The translations under genes and the position numbers were made by a program. From Vicinamibacterales bacterium (GTDB lineage: Bacteria > Acidobacteriota > Vicinamibacteria > Vicinamibacterales > UBA8438), in the NCBI GenBank assembly GCA_965200475.1, contig CBDAUL010000009.1:53893-117892 (forward strand): a stretch of DNA of 64,000 bases, in the 5' to 3' direction. Under the pieces are notes generated by a model. That model made no database searches, was not told where the DNA came from, and worked only from the letters and a program-made list of their open reading frames with translations. The first letter of the stretch is position 1. Every line of letters begins with the position of its first letter. Positions 1 to 10,570 of this stretch are shown one piece after another.

Positions 1-259
1 GCTCGAGCCGACCACGCGCGGCCCGTACGCGGGCGCCATCGGTTACCTCGACTTCGCCGGGCACCTGGACTGCTGCATCACCATCCGGACCATCCTCATC
101 GAGGACGGCAAGGCCTACGTCCAGGCCGGCGCCGGCATCGTCGCCGACTCGGTCCCGGCCGCCGAGTTCAAGGAGACCTGCGACAAGGCGTCGGCGCTGT
201 TGCGCGCGCTCGAGATGGCCCAGCGCGGCCGCGGACCGACGAGCATGGGAGTGAGCTGA
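1..259 (+). CDS. trpE: Anthranilate synthase component I, C-terminal 85 codons (5' end outside window)
   Basis: Open from position 2: LEPTTRGPYAGAIGYLDFAGHLDCCITIRT...AGAGIVADSVPAAEF, stop TGA 257-259. Typical chorismate-binding-enzyme C-terminus directly upstream of trpG. Confidence 0.9.
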   Translation, partial: LEPTTRGPYAGAIGYLDFAGHLDCCITIRTILIEDGKAYVQAGAGIVADSVPAAEFKETCDKASALLRALEMAQRGRGPTSMGVS

Positions 260-264
260 GCGTC

Positions 265-831
<567 letters not shown>

Positions 832-1854
832 ATGTTTGCCGGACTCATCGACAAGCTGCGGCGGCGGCGCGATCTGACGGAGCGGGAGGCGTCCGCGGCG
901 ATGACCGAGATCATGGCCGGCCGGGCCACGTCGGCGCAGATCGCCGGGCTGCTCGTCGGTCTGTCGATGAAGGGCGAGCGCCCGGGGGAGATCGTCGGCC
1001 TCGCCAGGACCATGCGCGCGGAGTCGGTCGCGCTGTCACGCTCCTTCAGCGGCGTGTTCGACACCTGCGGGACCGGCGGCGACGGCCTGGGCACGTTCAA
1101 CGTGTCGTCGCTCGCCGCGCTGGTGCTGGCCGCGTGCGGCGTCCGGGTGGCGAAGCACGGCAACCGCTCGGTGTCGAGCCGCTGCGGCAGCGCCGACCTG
1201 TTCGCGGCGCTGGGTGTCGATATAGCCGCCGCGCCGGCGGTGGTCGAGCGCTGCCTGGCCGACGTCGGCATCGCCTTCTTCTTCGCGCCCACGTTCCATC
1301 CGTCGATGCGGCATGCCGGCCCGACGCGGCGCGAGCTGGGCGTGCGCACGGCATTCAATCTGCTGGGGCCGCTCACGAATCCGGCGGGCGCGACCCGGCA
1401 GGTGATCGGCGTGCCGAGCCCCGAGTACACGGACCTGATCGCCCATGCCCTCGTGCGGCTCGGATCCGAGCACGCCTGGGTGGTGCACGGCGCGGAGGGG
1501 CTCGACGAGATCTCCGTCGGCGGTCACACCAAGGTCTCGGAATGTCGGAACGGCGCGGTGCACACGTTCTACCTGCACCCGGGCGATTTCGGGGTGGAGC
1601 CTGCGCCGCTGGAGCGCCTGCGGGTCGCGGACCTCGAGGAGAGCGTGGCGTTGGCCCGCAGCGTGCTGGACGGCGGGAGCGGCGCCGCGCGCGACTTCGT
1701 GATGGTGAACGCGGCCGCCGGACTGCTCGTCGCCGGCCGGGCGCCGTCGCTCCGTGAAGGGACGCGGATGGCGGCCGGCGTCCTAGACGACGGTTCGGTT
1801 GCAGCCAAGCTGCGCGAGCTGGCGGACGCCTCGACGGCGGCGGCGGAGTCATGA
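832..1854 (+). CDS. trpD: Anthranilate phosphoribosyltransferase
   Basis: 340 aa. DTCGTGGDGLGTFNVS and KHGNRSVSS motifs. ATG abuts the trpG stop (TAGATG). Confidence 0.95.
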   Translation: MFAGLIDKLRRRRDLTEREASAAMTEIMAGRATSAQIAGLLVGLSMKGERPGEIVGLARTMRAESVALSRSFSGVFDTCGTGGDGLGTFNVSSLAALVLAACGVRVAKHGNRSVSSRCGSADLFAALGVDIAAAPAVVERCLADVGIAFFFAPTFHPSMRHAGPTRRELGVRTAFNLLGPLTNPAGATRQVIGVPSPEYTDLIAHALVRLGSEHAWVVHGAEGLDEISVGGHTKVSECRNGAVHTFYLHPGDFGVEPAPLERLRVADLEESVALARSVLDGGSGAARDFVMVNAAAGLLVAGRAPSLREGTRMAAGVLDDGSVAAKLRELADASTAAAES

Positions 1855-2696
1855 GCATGGTCGAGGACGCCGCCGGGCGGAGGCAGGCGGCGCGAGGTCC
1901 GGATCTGCTCGCCGCGATCGTGGCCGCCACCCGGCGCGAGGTGCTGCTGCGCGAGGAGCAGGTGAGCAGGGCGGCCCTGGAGCAGGCGGCGGCGCGGCGC
2001 GCGCCGCGCGCCGCCGCGTTTCGGGCCGGTCTGGCCGCGGGCGGCGGCTTCAACGTGATCGCCGAGTGCAAGCGGCGGTCGCCGTCGCGGGGAATCCTGC
2101 GCGCGGACTACCGGCCGGAGCGGATTGCGCGGGAGTACGCGGCCGCCGGCGCCGCGGCGGTGTCGGTGCTGACGGAGCCGACGTTCTTCGACGGCCGGCT
2201 CGACGACCTCGCGGCCGTGCGGGCGGCCACCGACCTGCCGCTGCTGCGCAAGGACTTCATCGTGTCGCGCTATCAACTGGTCGAGGCGCGCGCGGCGGGG
2301 GCCGATGCCGTGCTGCTGATCGTGGCCGCGCTCGACGCGTCCCGGCTGCAGCGGCTGCACCGCGCGGCCGAGGAGTACGGGCTGGCCGTGCTCGTCGAGG
2401 TCCACGACGCCGCCGAGCTGTCCCGCGCGATCGACGCCGGGGCGCGGATCGTCGGCGTGAACAACCGCAATCTGCGGACGCTGGAGGTCGACGTCGAAGC
2501 GTCGCACGCGCTCGTCGACAGCATCCCGGCCGCAACGGTCTCCGTGGCCGAGAGCGGGCTGCGCAGCAGTGCGGACCTGGTCCGGTTGCGCCAGGCCGGG
2601 TACGACGCGTTCCTCATCGGCGAGTCGTTGATGACCCGCGAGCGACCCGGAGCGGCGCTGGCGGCGTTGCTGCGGGGCGCGGCCGCGGCGGCATGA
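1851..2696 (+). CDS. trpC: Indole-3-glycerol phosphate synthase
   Basis: 281 aa. IAECKRRSPSRG, VLTEPTFF, GVNNRNL. 4-nt overlap with trpD. Confidence 0.95.
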   Translation: MSMVEDAAGRRQAARGPDLLAAIVAATRREVLLREEQVSRAALEQAAARRAPRAAAFRAGLAAGGGFNVIAECKRRSPSRGILRADYRPERIAREYAAAGAAAVSVLTEPTFFDGRLDDLAAVRAATDLPLLRKDFIVSRYQLVEARAAGADAVLLIVAALDASRLQRLHRAAEEYGLAVLVEVHDAAELSRAIDAGARIVGVNNRNLRTLEVDVEASHALVDSIPAATVSVAESGLRSSADLVRLRQAGYDAFLIGESLMTRERPGAALAALLRGAAAAA

Positions 2697-2697
2697 C

Positions 2698-3345
2698 ATG
2701 GTGAAGGTCAAGGTCTGCGGCATCACGCGGCTGTCGGATGCGTTGCTGGCCAGCGACCTGGGGGCGTCCGCGATTGGGTTCGTCTTCTGGGAGCGCAGTC
2801 CGCGGGCGATCGATCCGCAGTCGGCGGCCCGCATAGCGGCTCGGGTGCCGGCCGACGTAGCGCCGGTCGGCGTGTTCGTTGACGCGTCGCCGGCGTGGGT
2901 CCGCGACGTCGTGCAGCGCGTCGGCCTGGCAGCGGTCCAGTTGCACGGCGACGAACAGGTCGAGCAATGGGTCGACCTGCCGGCTCGCGTCATCAAGGCG
3001 GTGGGCCTGCGCGCGGCGGCCGATGCGCAGGCGGCGCTGCGGCTGCCGGCGCATGTGACCGTTCTGCTCGACGGGCACGACCCCGTCCGGCGCGGCGGCA
3101 CGGGACGGACGCTCGACTGGACGCTCGCCGCCGAGGTCGCCCGCGGGCGCCGGACTTTCCTGGCCGGCGGGCTGCGGCCGGAGAACGTGACGGCGGCGAT
3201 CGCGGCGGTCGGCCCGTACGGCATCGACGCGTCGTCGGGGCTCGAGGCGTCGCCGGGCGTCAAGGCGCCGGCCAGGCTGCGGGCGTTCTTCGCCGCGGTC
3301 CGGGCCGCGACGGCCGGAAGAAGGGTGGACGAAACGGATGGGTAA
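2698..3345 (+). CDS. trpF: Phosphoribosylanthranilate isomerase
   Basis: 215 aa. VKVCGIT, QLHGDE, LAGGL. Follows trpC after 1 nt. Confidence 0.9.
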   Translation: MVKVKVCGITRLSDALLASDLGASAIGFVFWERSPRAIDPQSAARIAARVPADVAPVGVFVDASPAWVRDVVQRVGLAAVQLHGDEQVEQWVDLPARVIKAVGLRAAADAQAALRLPAHVTVLLDGHDPVRRGGTGRTLDWTLAAEVARGRRTFLAGGLRPENVTAAIAAVGPYGIDASSGLEASPGVKAPARLRAFFAAVRAATAGRRVDETDG

Positions 3346-4570
3346 TGCTGCTGACGCGCCGCTGCCCGTGTTCGGGCAGCGAGACCCGGACGAGCGCGGC
3401 TACTTCGGGCCGTACGGCGGCCGCTTCGTGCCGGAGACGCTGGTCGAGCCCGTCGAGGCGCTCGAGCGCGCCTACCTCGCGGCCCGGCAGGATCCGGCGT
3501 TCGGCCAGGAGCTGTCCGCGCTGCTGACACGCTACGCGGGCCGCCCGACCCCGCTCTGGGAAGCCGCGCGGCTGGCCGCCGATGCCGGCGGGGCGCGCCT
3601 CTTCCTGAAGCGCGAGGATCTCGCGCACACCGGCGCCCACAAGATCAACAACGCGCTCGGCCAGGCGCTGCTGGCCGTCCGCATGGGCAAGCGGCGCGTG
3701 GTGGCGGAAACCGGCGCCGGCCAGCACGGCGTGGCGACGGCGACCGCGTGTGCGCTGCTGGGGCTCCGCTGCGAGGTCTACATGGGCACGGAGGACATGC
3801 GGCGGCAGGCGCTCAATGTCGTGCGCATGAACCTGCTGGGCGCGACGGTGACCGGCGTCGAGGGGGGCAGCCGCACGCTCAAGGACGCCATCAACGAGGC
3901 GATGCGCGACTGGGTCACGAACGTCGAGGACACCTACTACCTGCTGGGATCGGTGCTCGGCCCGCACCCGTATCCGCTGATGGTCAGGGAGTTTCAATCG
4001 GTGATCGGACGGGAGGCGCGCGCGCAGTTCGCGGCGCAGGTCGGCCGGGTTCCCGATGTCGTCGTCGCCTGCGTCGGCGGCGGCAGCAACGCGCTCGGCA
4101 TATTCGACGGCTTCGTCGCCGACGAAGCCGTCCGGCTCGTCGGCGTGGAAGCCGGGGGCGAGGAGCTGGCGCCGGGACGTCACGCCGCGCGTTTCGCGAC
4201 GGGGACCGCCGGCGTGCTGCAGGGCACCCGCAGCTACGTGCTTCAAGATGTTCACGGCAACATCGATCCGACCCATTCGGTCTCGGCGGGACTGGACTAC
4301 GCCGCGGTCGGCCCCGAGCACGCCTGGCTGCGCGACCTGGGACGGGCGGAGTACACGCACGTCTCCGACGCCGAGGCGCTGGCCGCGTTCGAACGTCTCG
4401 GCCGCCTGGAAGGGATTCTCCCCGCGCTCGAGTCGGCCCACGCGGTGGCGTACGCCTGCCGGTTGGCGGCGGAGCTCGGCAGGGACCGCACGGTCCTGAT
4501 CAACCTGTCGGGTCGGGGCGACAAGGACGTGGAGACGATCAGCGGCCGCGCGGGCGACCAGGGAGACTAG
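3338..4570 (+). CDS. trpB: Tryptophan synthase beta chain
   Basis: 410 aa. PLP-lysine motif [22 protein letters not shown]. 8-nt overlap with trpF. Confidence 0.97.
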   Translation: MGNAADAPLPVFGQRDPDERGYFGPYGGRFVPETLVEPVEALERAYLAARQDPAFGQELSALLTRYAGRPTPLWEAARLAADAGGARLFLKREDLAHTGAHKINNALGQALLAVRMGKRRVVAETGAGQHGVATATACALLGLRCEVYMGTEDMRRQALNVVRMNLLGATVTGVEGGSRTLKDAINEAMRDWVTNVEDTYYLLGSVLGPHPYPLMVREFQSVIGREARAQFAAQVGRVPDVVVACVGGGSNALGIFDGFVADEAVRLVGVEAGGEELAPGRHAARFATGTAGVLQGTRSYVLQDVHGNIDPTHSVSAGLDYAAVGPEHAWLRDLGRAEYTHVSDAEALAAFERLGRLEGILPALESAHAVAYACRLAAELGRDRTVLINLSGRGDKDVETISGRAGDQGD

Positions 4571-5371
4571 ATGTCGCGCATCGACGAGACGTTCGCACGG
4601 CTGCGGTCGGATGGCCGGACGGGGCTGGTGACGTTCGTGACCGCCGGGGACCCGGACACGGAACGCTCGGCGCTCGTGCTCGAGACGCTGGACCGGGCGG
4701 GGGCGGACGTGCTCGAGGTCGGCATTCCGTTCTCCGATCCCCTGGCGGACGGACCCGCGATTCAACGCTCGTCGGAGCGGGCGCTCGCGGCCGGCGCGAC
4801 GCTGGCGTCGAGCCTGGACCTGATAGGGCGCGTCCGGCCCCGGATCGAGGCCGCGGTGGTCGTCTTCAGCTACGCCAATCCGGTGCTCGCGATGGGACTC
4901 GACCGCTTCGTCCGGCGCGCGGCCGACGTGGGCGTCGACGGTGTGCTGGTGCTCGATCTGCCGATCGAGGAGGCCGACGATCTGCGCGACGCGGCGGCCG
5001 GCGTGGCCATCGATCCCATCTTCCTCCTGAGTCCGACGACCACGGAGGCGCGTATTCGGCGTGCCGCAGCGCTGGGCCGGGGCTTCCTGTACGGCATCTC
5101 GCGATTGGGCGTCACCGGCGAGCGCGATACGATTGCAACGGGCGCCCGCGAGCTGGTCGGGCGCATCCGGGCGGTCACCGAGCTGCCTGTCGCCCTCGGT
5201 TTCGGCATCTCGCGTCCCGAGCACGTGGCCCAGGTCGGGGCCTGGGCTGACGCCGCGGTGGTCGGGAGCGGGCTGGTGAACACGGTGGCGCGGGCGTCGC
5301 AGGGCGGGGACCTGGCCGGCGAAGTGGACCGCTACGTACGCTGGTTGAAGGGCGGGAGCGCGACAAGCTGA
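4571..5371 (+). CDS. trpA: Tryptophan synthase alpha chain
   Basis: 266 aa. LEVGIPFSDPLADGP, GFGIS. ATG abuts the trpB stop. Confidence 0.95.
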   Translation: MSRIDETFARLRSDGRTGLVTFVTAGDPDTERSALVLETLDRAGADVLEVGIPFSDPLADGPAIQRSSERALAAGATLASSLDLIGRVRPRIEAAVVVFSYANPVLAMGLDRFVRRAADVGVDGVLVLDLPIEEADDLRDAAAGVAIDPIFLLSPTTTEARIRRAAALGRGFLYGISRLGVTGERDTIATGARELVGRIRAVTELPVALGFGISRPEHVAQVGAWADAAVVGSGLVNTVARASQGGDLAGEVDRYVRWLKGGSATS

Positions 5372-5712
5372 TGAACGACAAGCCGAAGGACCCGGCCGAC
5401 GGCCAGGACGGTGCGGCCGGGAACGCAGCGGGGCAGATGCGGCAGTTCCGGGAGCGCATCGACCGGCTGGACGCCGAGATCGTGCGGTTGCTCAACGCTC
5501 GCGCGGAATGCGCCCTGGCGCTCGGCCGGATCAAGGAAGCAGTCGGTCTGGACACCTACCAGCCGGAACGGGAGCTGGCGGTGCTCGAGCACGCCCGGGC
5601 GGCGAACGACGGGCCGCTCGACGCCGGCGCCATCACGCGCCTGTTCGAACGCATCATCGACGAGAACCGCCGCCTGGAGCGGCTGGCGGAACGCAAGGAC
5701 ACGCACCCGTAG
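5371..5712 (+). CDS. Chorismate mutase, AroQ class (monofunctional)
   Basis: 113 aa all-helical. RERIDRLDAEIVRLLNARAECALALGRIK is typical of the CM_2 family. Start overlaps the trpA stop (TGATG). Confidence 0.85.
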   Translation: MNDKPKDPADGQDGAAGNAAGQMRQFRERIDRLDAEIVRLLNARAECALALGRIKEAVGLDTYQPERELAVLEHARAANDGPLDAGAITRLFERIIDENRRLERLAERKDTHP

Positions 5713-5727
5713 GAGGTTGCAGGACCC

Positions 5728-6777
5728 ATGGTTGTGGTAATGGAGGAGCGGGCGTCGGAGGATCAGATACAACACATCATCGCGACGCTCGTCGACAAGG
5801 GATTCGACGTCCACCGCTCGACTGGCGCGCTGCGGACCGTGCTCGGCGCCGTCGGCGGCAATCGATCGTTCGACGAGCGGTTGATCGAGGTCATGGACGG
5901 CGTGCACGAGGTGCTGCGGATCACGGAGCCCTACAAGCTGGCTAGCCGGACGTTCAAGCCCGAGCAGACCGTCGTGTCGATCGGCGACGTCCGGATCGGG
6001 GGCGACGAAGTGCTGGTCATCGCCGGCCCCTGCTCGGCGGAGTCCGAGGAGCAGGTGGAGGCTGCCGCCGCGGTGCTGGCCAAGGCGGGGGCGAAGATGC
6101 TGCGAGGCGGCGCCTTCAAGCCGCGGAGCTCGCCGTACAGCTTTCAGGGGTTGGGCGAGGAGGGGCTCAGGCTGCTCCGCTCGGCGGCCGACCGGCACAA
6201 CCTCAAGCTCGTGTCCGAGGTGATGGACATCAGTCAGATCGAGCTCGTCGCGCGCTATGCCGACATGCTGCAGGTCGGCGCCCGCAACATGCAGAACTTC
6301 ACGCTCCTGCGCGAGCTCGGCCGGATCAGGACGCCGGTGCTGCTCAAGCGGGGCATCTCCGCGACCATCGAGGAGTGGCTCCTGTCGGCCGAGTACCTGC
6401 TCTCCGGCGGCAACACCGACGTGGTGCTGTGCGAGCGGGGCATTCGAACGTTCGAGCGGTACACCAGGAACACGCTCGACATCTCGGCCGTCCCGGTGAT
6501 CCACAAGCTGAGCCACCTGCCGATCATCGTGGACCCGAGCCATGGCATCGGGTTGCGGGACAAGGTCGCGCCGATGGCCCGCGCGGCGGTGGCGGCCGGT
6601 GCGGACGGCCTGATCATCGAGGTCCATCCCGATCCGGACCATGCCCTCAGCGACGGCGCGCAGTCGCTGTTCCCGGACCAGTTCGAGCACCTGATGGCCG
6701 AGCTCCGGATCATCGCGCCGGCCATCGGCCGCGGCATCTGCCTCGAGCCCGTTCCACGCCGCAGGTGGGGGACCTGA
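5728..6777 (+). CDS. 3-deoxy-7-phosphoheptulonate (DAHP) synthase, type I-beta, with N-terminal ferredoxin-like regulatory domain
   Basis: 349 aa. The first ~75 aa form a small ACT/FL-like domain, as in Thermotoga-type DAHPS. Catalytic barrel motifs GAFKPRSSPYSFQG and IVDPSHG. Confidence 0.9.
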   Translation: MVVVMEERASEDQIQHIIATLVDKGFDVHRSTGALRTVLGAVGGNRSFDERLIEVMDGVHEVLRITEPYKLASRTFKPEQTVVSIGDVRIGGDEVLVIAGPCSAESEEQVEAAAAVLAKAGAKMLRGGAFKPRSSPYSFQGLGEEGLRLLRSAADRHNLKLVSEVMDISQIELVARYADMLQVGARNMQNFTLLRELGRIRTPVLLKRGISATIEEWLLSAEYLLSGGNTDVVLCERGIRTFERYTRNTLDISAVPVIHKLSHLPIIVDPSHGIGLRDKVAPMARAAVAAGADGLIIEVHPDPDHALSDGAQSLFPDQFEHLMAELRIIAPAIGRGICLEPVPRRRWGT

Positions 6778-6785
6778 TCGCCGGC

Positions 6786-7712
6786 ATGGCAGAGACGAGC
6801 CGCCGCCTGCCCGTCATCCAGCCGGGCGCGTCCTCGACGGAGCCCCCGGTCTTCGACAAGGTCGCGATTATCGGGCTCGGCCTCGTGGGCGGGTCGATTG
6901 CGCTTGCCGCCCGCGAGCGTTGGCCGGGCGGCCTGGTCATCGGTGTCGACCGCAAGGACGTGCTCGAGCTGGCCATGGTCCGCCACGCCATCGACGTGGC
7001 GGCCGACGACCCGGTCGTGATCGCGGAGGCGGAGCTGGTCATCCTGGCGGCGCCCGTACGGCAGAACCTCGAGCTGCTGGCGGCCCTGGACGACCAGGTC
7101 CCCGGATCCGCCATCGTGACCGATGTCGGCAGCACGAAGCGCGAGATCGTCGCGCGCGCGCGGTCGCTGCCGCCGCGCTTCACGTTCGTGGGCGGGCATC
7201 CGCTCGGCGGGGCCCCGCGCGGCGGACTCGGCAACGCGCGCCCGGATCTGTTCGTCGACCGGCCCTGGCTGTTCACGCCGACCAGCGATGCGGACCGCCC
7301 GGCGCTGGAGCGCCTGCAACAGTTCGTGACCGGACTCGGCGCACGGCCGCACCTCATGTCGCCGGCCCAGCACGATCGCCTGCTGGCGTTTCTCAGCCAT
7401 CTCCCGCAACTCACCGCCAGCGCGCTGATGCACGTGGTCGGGACCGCCGCGGGCGCCGACGGCCTGGCCCTGACGGGGCGCGGGCTCGTCGACACCACCC
7501 GCCTGGCCTCGAGCCCCGTGAGCGTCTGGCGGGACATCTGCGCGAGCAACGCCGACGAGCTTGGCCTCGCGCTCGACACGTTGATCGCGGAGCTGCGGCA
7601 ACTGCGCGAGCAGCTCGAGACCGGCGGCGCCGTCGACCGCGTCTTCGAATCGGCGGCGGCCTGGCGCGCCGTGCTGGCCGAGCGCGGCGGCGGCCGGCGG
7701 CCCGGGTCCTGA
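6786..7712 (+). CDS. tyrA: Prephenate (arogenate) dehydrogenase
   Basis: 308 aa from ATG 6786. Rossmann motif IIGLGLVGGS and GGHPLGG. The longer ORF from 6375 overlaps the DAHPS gene and is Arg/Pro-rich, which looks like off-frame translation. Confidence 0.88.
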   Translation: MAETSRRLPVIQPGASSTEPPVFDKVAIIGLGLVGGSIALAARERWPGGLVIGVDRKDVLELAMVRHAIDVAADDPVVIAEAELVILAAPVRQNLELLAALDDQVPGSAIVTDVGSTKREIVARARSLPPRFTFVGGHPLGGAPRGGLGNARPDLFVDRPWLFTPTSDADRPALERLQQFVTGLGARPHLMSPAQHDRLLAFLSHLPQLTASALMHVVGTAAGADGLALTGRGLVDTTRLASSPVSVWRDICASNADELGLALDTLIAELRQLREQLETGGAVDRVFESAAAWRAVLAERGGGRRPGS

Positions 7713-7736
7713 GCCGGCGCGGCCGGGGGATGACCC

Positions 7737-8186
7737 GTGCGTGGAGACGCCGGGCGGGCGGCCAGCCTCACGATCCGGCGCGCTGCCGTGGACACCATCC
7801 GCCGGCACGCCGCCGACGACCTGCCGAACGAGTGCTGCGGCCTCCTGCTCGGCGGCGCCGGGTCGGTCGAACGCGCCCTGCAGGCGCGCAACCTGCGTCC
7901 CTCGCCGAACCGGTACCTCGTCGATCCAGCCGACCACTGCGCCGCGCTGCGCACGGCGCGCGCGAGCGGACTGGATGTCGTGGGCGTCTACCACTCGCAC
8001 CCCGCCGGCTCCCTCCGCCCGTCGGCCGTCGACCAACGGGAGGCGTCGTACCGCGAGTTCGTCTACCTGATCGTCTCACCGCGGCCAGCGGCAGACGAAG
8101 CCGCAACCCTGGCGGCCTACCGTCTGACCGCCCACGGCTTCGAGGAGATCGCGGTAAAGATCGCCAGCCAGCAGTCCACCCCGTAG
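7737..8186 (+). CDS. JAMM/MPN+ family metalloprotease-like protein
   Basis: 149 aa. ECCGLLLG plus HSHPAGSLRPSAVD (H-x-H-x7-S-x2-D). GTG start preceded by GGGGGA. Confidence 0.8.
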   Translation: MRGDAGRAASLTIRRAAVDTIRRHAADDLPNECCGLLLGGAGSVERALQARNLRPSPNRYLVDPADHCAALRTARASGLDVVGVYHSHPAGSLRPSAVDQREASYREFVYLIVSPRPAADEAATLAAYRLTAHGFEEIAVKIASQQSTP

Positions 8187-8198
8187 CGCACACTCCGC

Positions 8199-8287
8199 AA
8201 GGCGCGCACGGCGCGCCTCGGCGGTAGCGGCGCGGGGCGAAGGGGCCCCGCAAGCGAACGCCGGGGGCTTGGGGCGCAGCCCCATCT
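8199..8287 (+). repeat. Family A structured intergenic repeat, copy A1
   Basis: AAGGCGCGCACGGCGCGCCTCGGCGGTAGCGGCGCGGGGCGAAGGGGCCCCGCAAGCGAACGCCGGGGGCTTGGGGCGCAGCCCCATCT. Three internal hairpins: GGCGCGC-acg-GCGCGCC, GCGGGGC-n6-GCCCCGC, GGGGC-gca-GCCCC. Confidence 0.9.
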
Positions 8288-8292
8288 GGAGG

Positions 8293-8383
8293 AAGCCGCG
8301 CACGGCGCGCCTCGGCGGTAGCGGCGCGGGGCGAAGGGGTCCCCGCAAGCGGACGCCGGGGGCTTGGGGCGTAAGCCCCATCT
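8293..8383 (+). repeat. Family A repeat, copy A2 (direct tandem with A1)
   Basis: Near-identical to A1 with a few substitutions and 1-nt indels. Separated from A1 by GGAGG. Confidence 0.9.
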
Positions 8384-8392
8384 AGATGCTAC

Positions 8393-8854
8393 TCAGTCGA
8401 AACGACCGAAGCGGCCGCCGCGCAGCTCGACGACGGTGCGGGCCGACGCGACCGTGTCGCCACGCCTCTTCAGGTTGATGCGCACTTCGTAGCGCCCGCC
8501 GTAGTCGAAGCGCCGGCGCTGGGAGTAGCGGCGGCGAATCTTCGTGGTGCCGGGCTCGTACGGCTCGCAGTCCGGCGTCGACTCCGAGCGGGTATCGTCG
8601 TCCCAGTCCCACTCGACGGTCGCGCAGTAGAAGTCCTCGTAATCGTCGGCCCCGCCCCGCAACTGCGCCACGAACAGGATGTCGGCAGGCGCGAAGGCGA
8701 CACGCGGCGAGGCGCGCAGCGACAGCTCGGGCCGTTCGTCTCCGCGGCGCTGCGCCTGCCCGACGAAGCCGGGCTGGGTCGCACTGGCCCACAGCAGCGC
8801 CGCAAGTAGCGCCAGAAACGGCCGACGGAAACTGCCGGAAGATGACGCTGCCAT
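8393..8854 (-). CDS. Hypothetical exported protein
   Basis: 153 aa. Signal-like FLALLAALLWASA, two Cys, no family recognised. ATG lies 9 nt from repeat B1. Confidence 0.6.
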   Translation of the reverse strand: MAASSSGSFRRPFLALLAALLWASATQPGFVGQAQRRGDERPELSLRASPRVAFAPADILFVAQLRGGADDYEDFYCATVEWDWDDDTRSESTPDCEPYEPGTTKIRRRYSQRRRFDYGGRYEVRINLKRRGDTVASARTVVELRGGRFGRFD

Positions 8855-8862
8855 ACCAGCCC

Positions 8863-8949
8863 CTAGCCTGGAAATCGTCGCCTGCGGCTCCGATGGCCGC
8901 CCAACCAGCCCTGCAGGTGTCCGCGCCGTTCCACGGCGCAGACACGTAG
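8863..8949 (+). repeat. Family B structured intergenic repeat, copy B1
   Basis: CTAGCCTGGAAATCGTCGCCTGCGGCTCCGATGGCCGCCCAACCAGCC... followed by the hairpin GTGTCCGCGCCG-ttcca-CGGCGCAGACAC (8917-8945). Confidence 0.8.
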
Positions 8950-8999
8950 CCTACCGCAGAGCGTCGCCGGTGTGAAGTCGGAACACGGCGGGCGGCCAC

Positions 9000-9005
9000 T
9001 ATAAT
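9000..9005 (+). promoter_or_regulatory. Consensus -10 hexamer TATAAT 6 nt upstream of the pepA ATG (possible leaderless mRNA)
   Basis: TATAATgctgggATG read directly. No Shine-Dalgarno can fit. The -35 is poor. Confidence 0.4.
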
Positions 9006-9011
9006 GCTGGG

Positions 9012-10541
9012 ATGCCCAGCACGCCGGATACACGCGTTACGCAGATGGAGCCAGCCGTTCGGGGAATCTCCGCGGCGCCGCCGACGGTGTCCTGCGATCT
9101 CCTGCTCGTGCCGGTCTTCGAGGACGACACCCTGGCCGATCTCGCCGGGTTGGACGAGGCCGCCGGCGGGGAGGTGGGCCGCGCGCGCGCCTCGGGCGAG
9201 TTCAGGCCCAAGCCGAACGAGCTGTTCGTTACGCGGCTGGCCGGCGGACAGTGGCAGGCGGCCAGGGTCGGACTGGTCGGCCTCGGCGCCGCGGGCCCGG
9301 ATGGCGAAGCCCGCCTCCGCGCGGCGGCGGCCAGGGCGCTGCGGGCGGCGCGCCAGCAGCGCGCGCAGACCGTGGCCTTTCTCCTGCGCGGCGCCGTCGA
9401 GGCGGAGCGGGCCGCCCGGGCCGTCACCGAGGGCGCGCTGCTGGGCAGCTTCGACGACCGGCGCTTCAAGACCGACGACGAGGATGCGGCGCCGCGCGTG
9501 AAGCGCTGCGACATCGTGTGTCCGGACGCCGCCGCGACCGGGGTGCAGCGAGCGGTCGAGGTCGGGCGAACGTTGGGGGAGGCGTCGAATCGCGCCCGGG
9601 AGCTGGCCAACGCACCGGGCAACATGCTGACGCCCCGCGCCTTCGCCGATCAGGCCCGCACGCTGCTGGCTGACACCGGTGTCGCGGTCGAGATCCTGGA
9701 CGAGGCTGCCATCGAGCGGCTCGGCATGGGGCTGCTGCTGGGCGTCGCCCGCGGCAGCGCCGAGCCGCCGCGGCTGATCGTCATGCGCCATGAACCGCCC
9801 GGCGCGCCGGCGTCGCCGGTGCTCGGCCTGGTGGGCAAGGGGGTCACCTTCGACAGCGGCGGGGTTTCGCTGAAGCCGGCCGACGGGATGGAATGGATGA
9901 AGGACGACATGGCCGGCGGCGCCGCGGTCGTGTGCGCGATGCGGGCCATCGGCGGGCTCGGTCTGGGAACGCGGGTGATCGGCATCGTGCCTGCCACGGA
10001 GAACATGCCCGGCGGGCGGGCGACCAAGCCCGGAGACGTGCTGACCGGCGCCAGCGGCACGACGGTGGAGGTCGTCAACACCGACGCGGAAGGCCGGCTC
10101 ATTCTCGGCGACGCGCTGTGGTATGCGCGCGAGCTCGGCGCGACGCACCTGGTCGACGTGGCGACGCTGACCGGGGCCTGCGTCGTCGCCCTGGGCAAGG
10201 CCGCGAGCGGACTGTTCGGCCAGCCGGACTCGTGGGTGGAAGCCGTGCAGCGCGCGGGCGAGCGCGCGGGCGAGCGGGTGTGGCCCATGCCGCTGTACGA
10301 GGACTACCGGGAGCAATTGCGCTCCGAGACCGCGGACCTGATGAACATCGGCGGGCGCGAGGCGGGAGCCTGCACCGCGGCGGCCTTCCTGCGCGTGTTC
10401 GCCGGCGATACGCCCTGGGCGCACCTCGACATCGCCGGCACGGCGTGGGCGAGCGACTCGCGCTCCGGTCAGGCGAAGGGGGCGACCGGCGTCATGGCGC
10501 GCACGCTCGTCGAGCTGGCTAGCGCCAGCGAAAGCTGGTAG
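9012..10541 (+). CDS. pepA: Leucyl aminopeptidase (M17)
   Basis: 509 aa. VGKGVTFDSGG and the M17 signature NTDAEGRLILGDAL. Confidence 0.95.
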   Translation: MPSTPDTRVTQMEPAVRGISAAPPTVSCDLLLVPVFEDDTLADLAGLDEAAGGEVGRARASGEFRPKPNELFVTRLAGGQWQAARVGLVGLGAAGPDGEARLRAAAARALRAARQQRAQTVAFLLRGAVEAERAARAVTEGALLGSFDDRRFKTDDEDAAPRVKRCDIVCPDAAATGVQRAVEVGRTLGEASNRARELANAPGNMLTPRAFADQARTLLADTGVAVEILDEAAIERLGMGLLLGVARGSAEPPRLIVMRHEPPGAPASPVLGLVGKGVTFDSGGVSLKPADGMEWMKDDMAGGAAVVCAMRAIGGLGLGTRVIGIVPATENMPGGRATKPGDVLTGASGTTVEVVNTDAEGRLILGDALWYARELGATHLVDVATLTGACVVALGKAASGLFGQPDSWVEAVQRAGERAGERVWPMPLYEDYREQLRSETADLMNIGGREAGACTAAAFLRVFAGDTPWAHLDIAGTAWASDSRSGQAKGATGVMARTLVELASASESW

Positions 10542-10570
10542 GCTCGAATTCTCCGCTTGCGGTCGTCGAC

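Noticed and set aside
8199-8383. Tandem family A copies considered as a possible mini CRISPR array.
   Set aside because: There are only two units per locus. The units are about 90 nt long, not 28-37 nt. They are separated by only 5-25 nt, so there are no spacer-sized unique sequences. No cas genes or leader are present.
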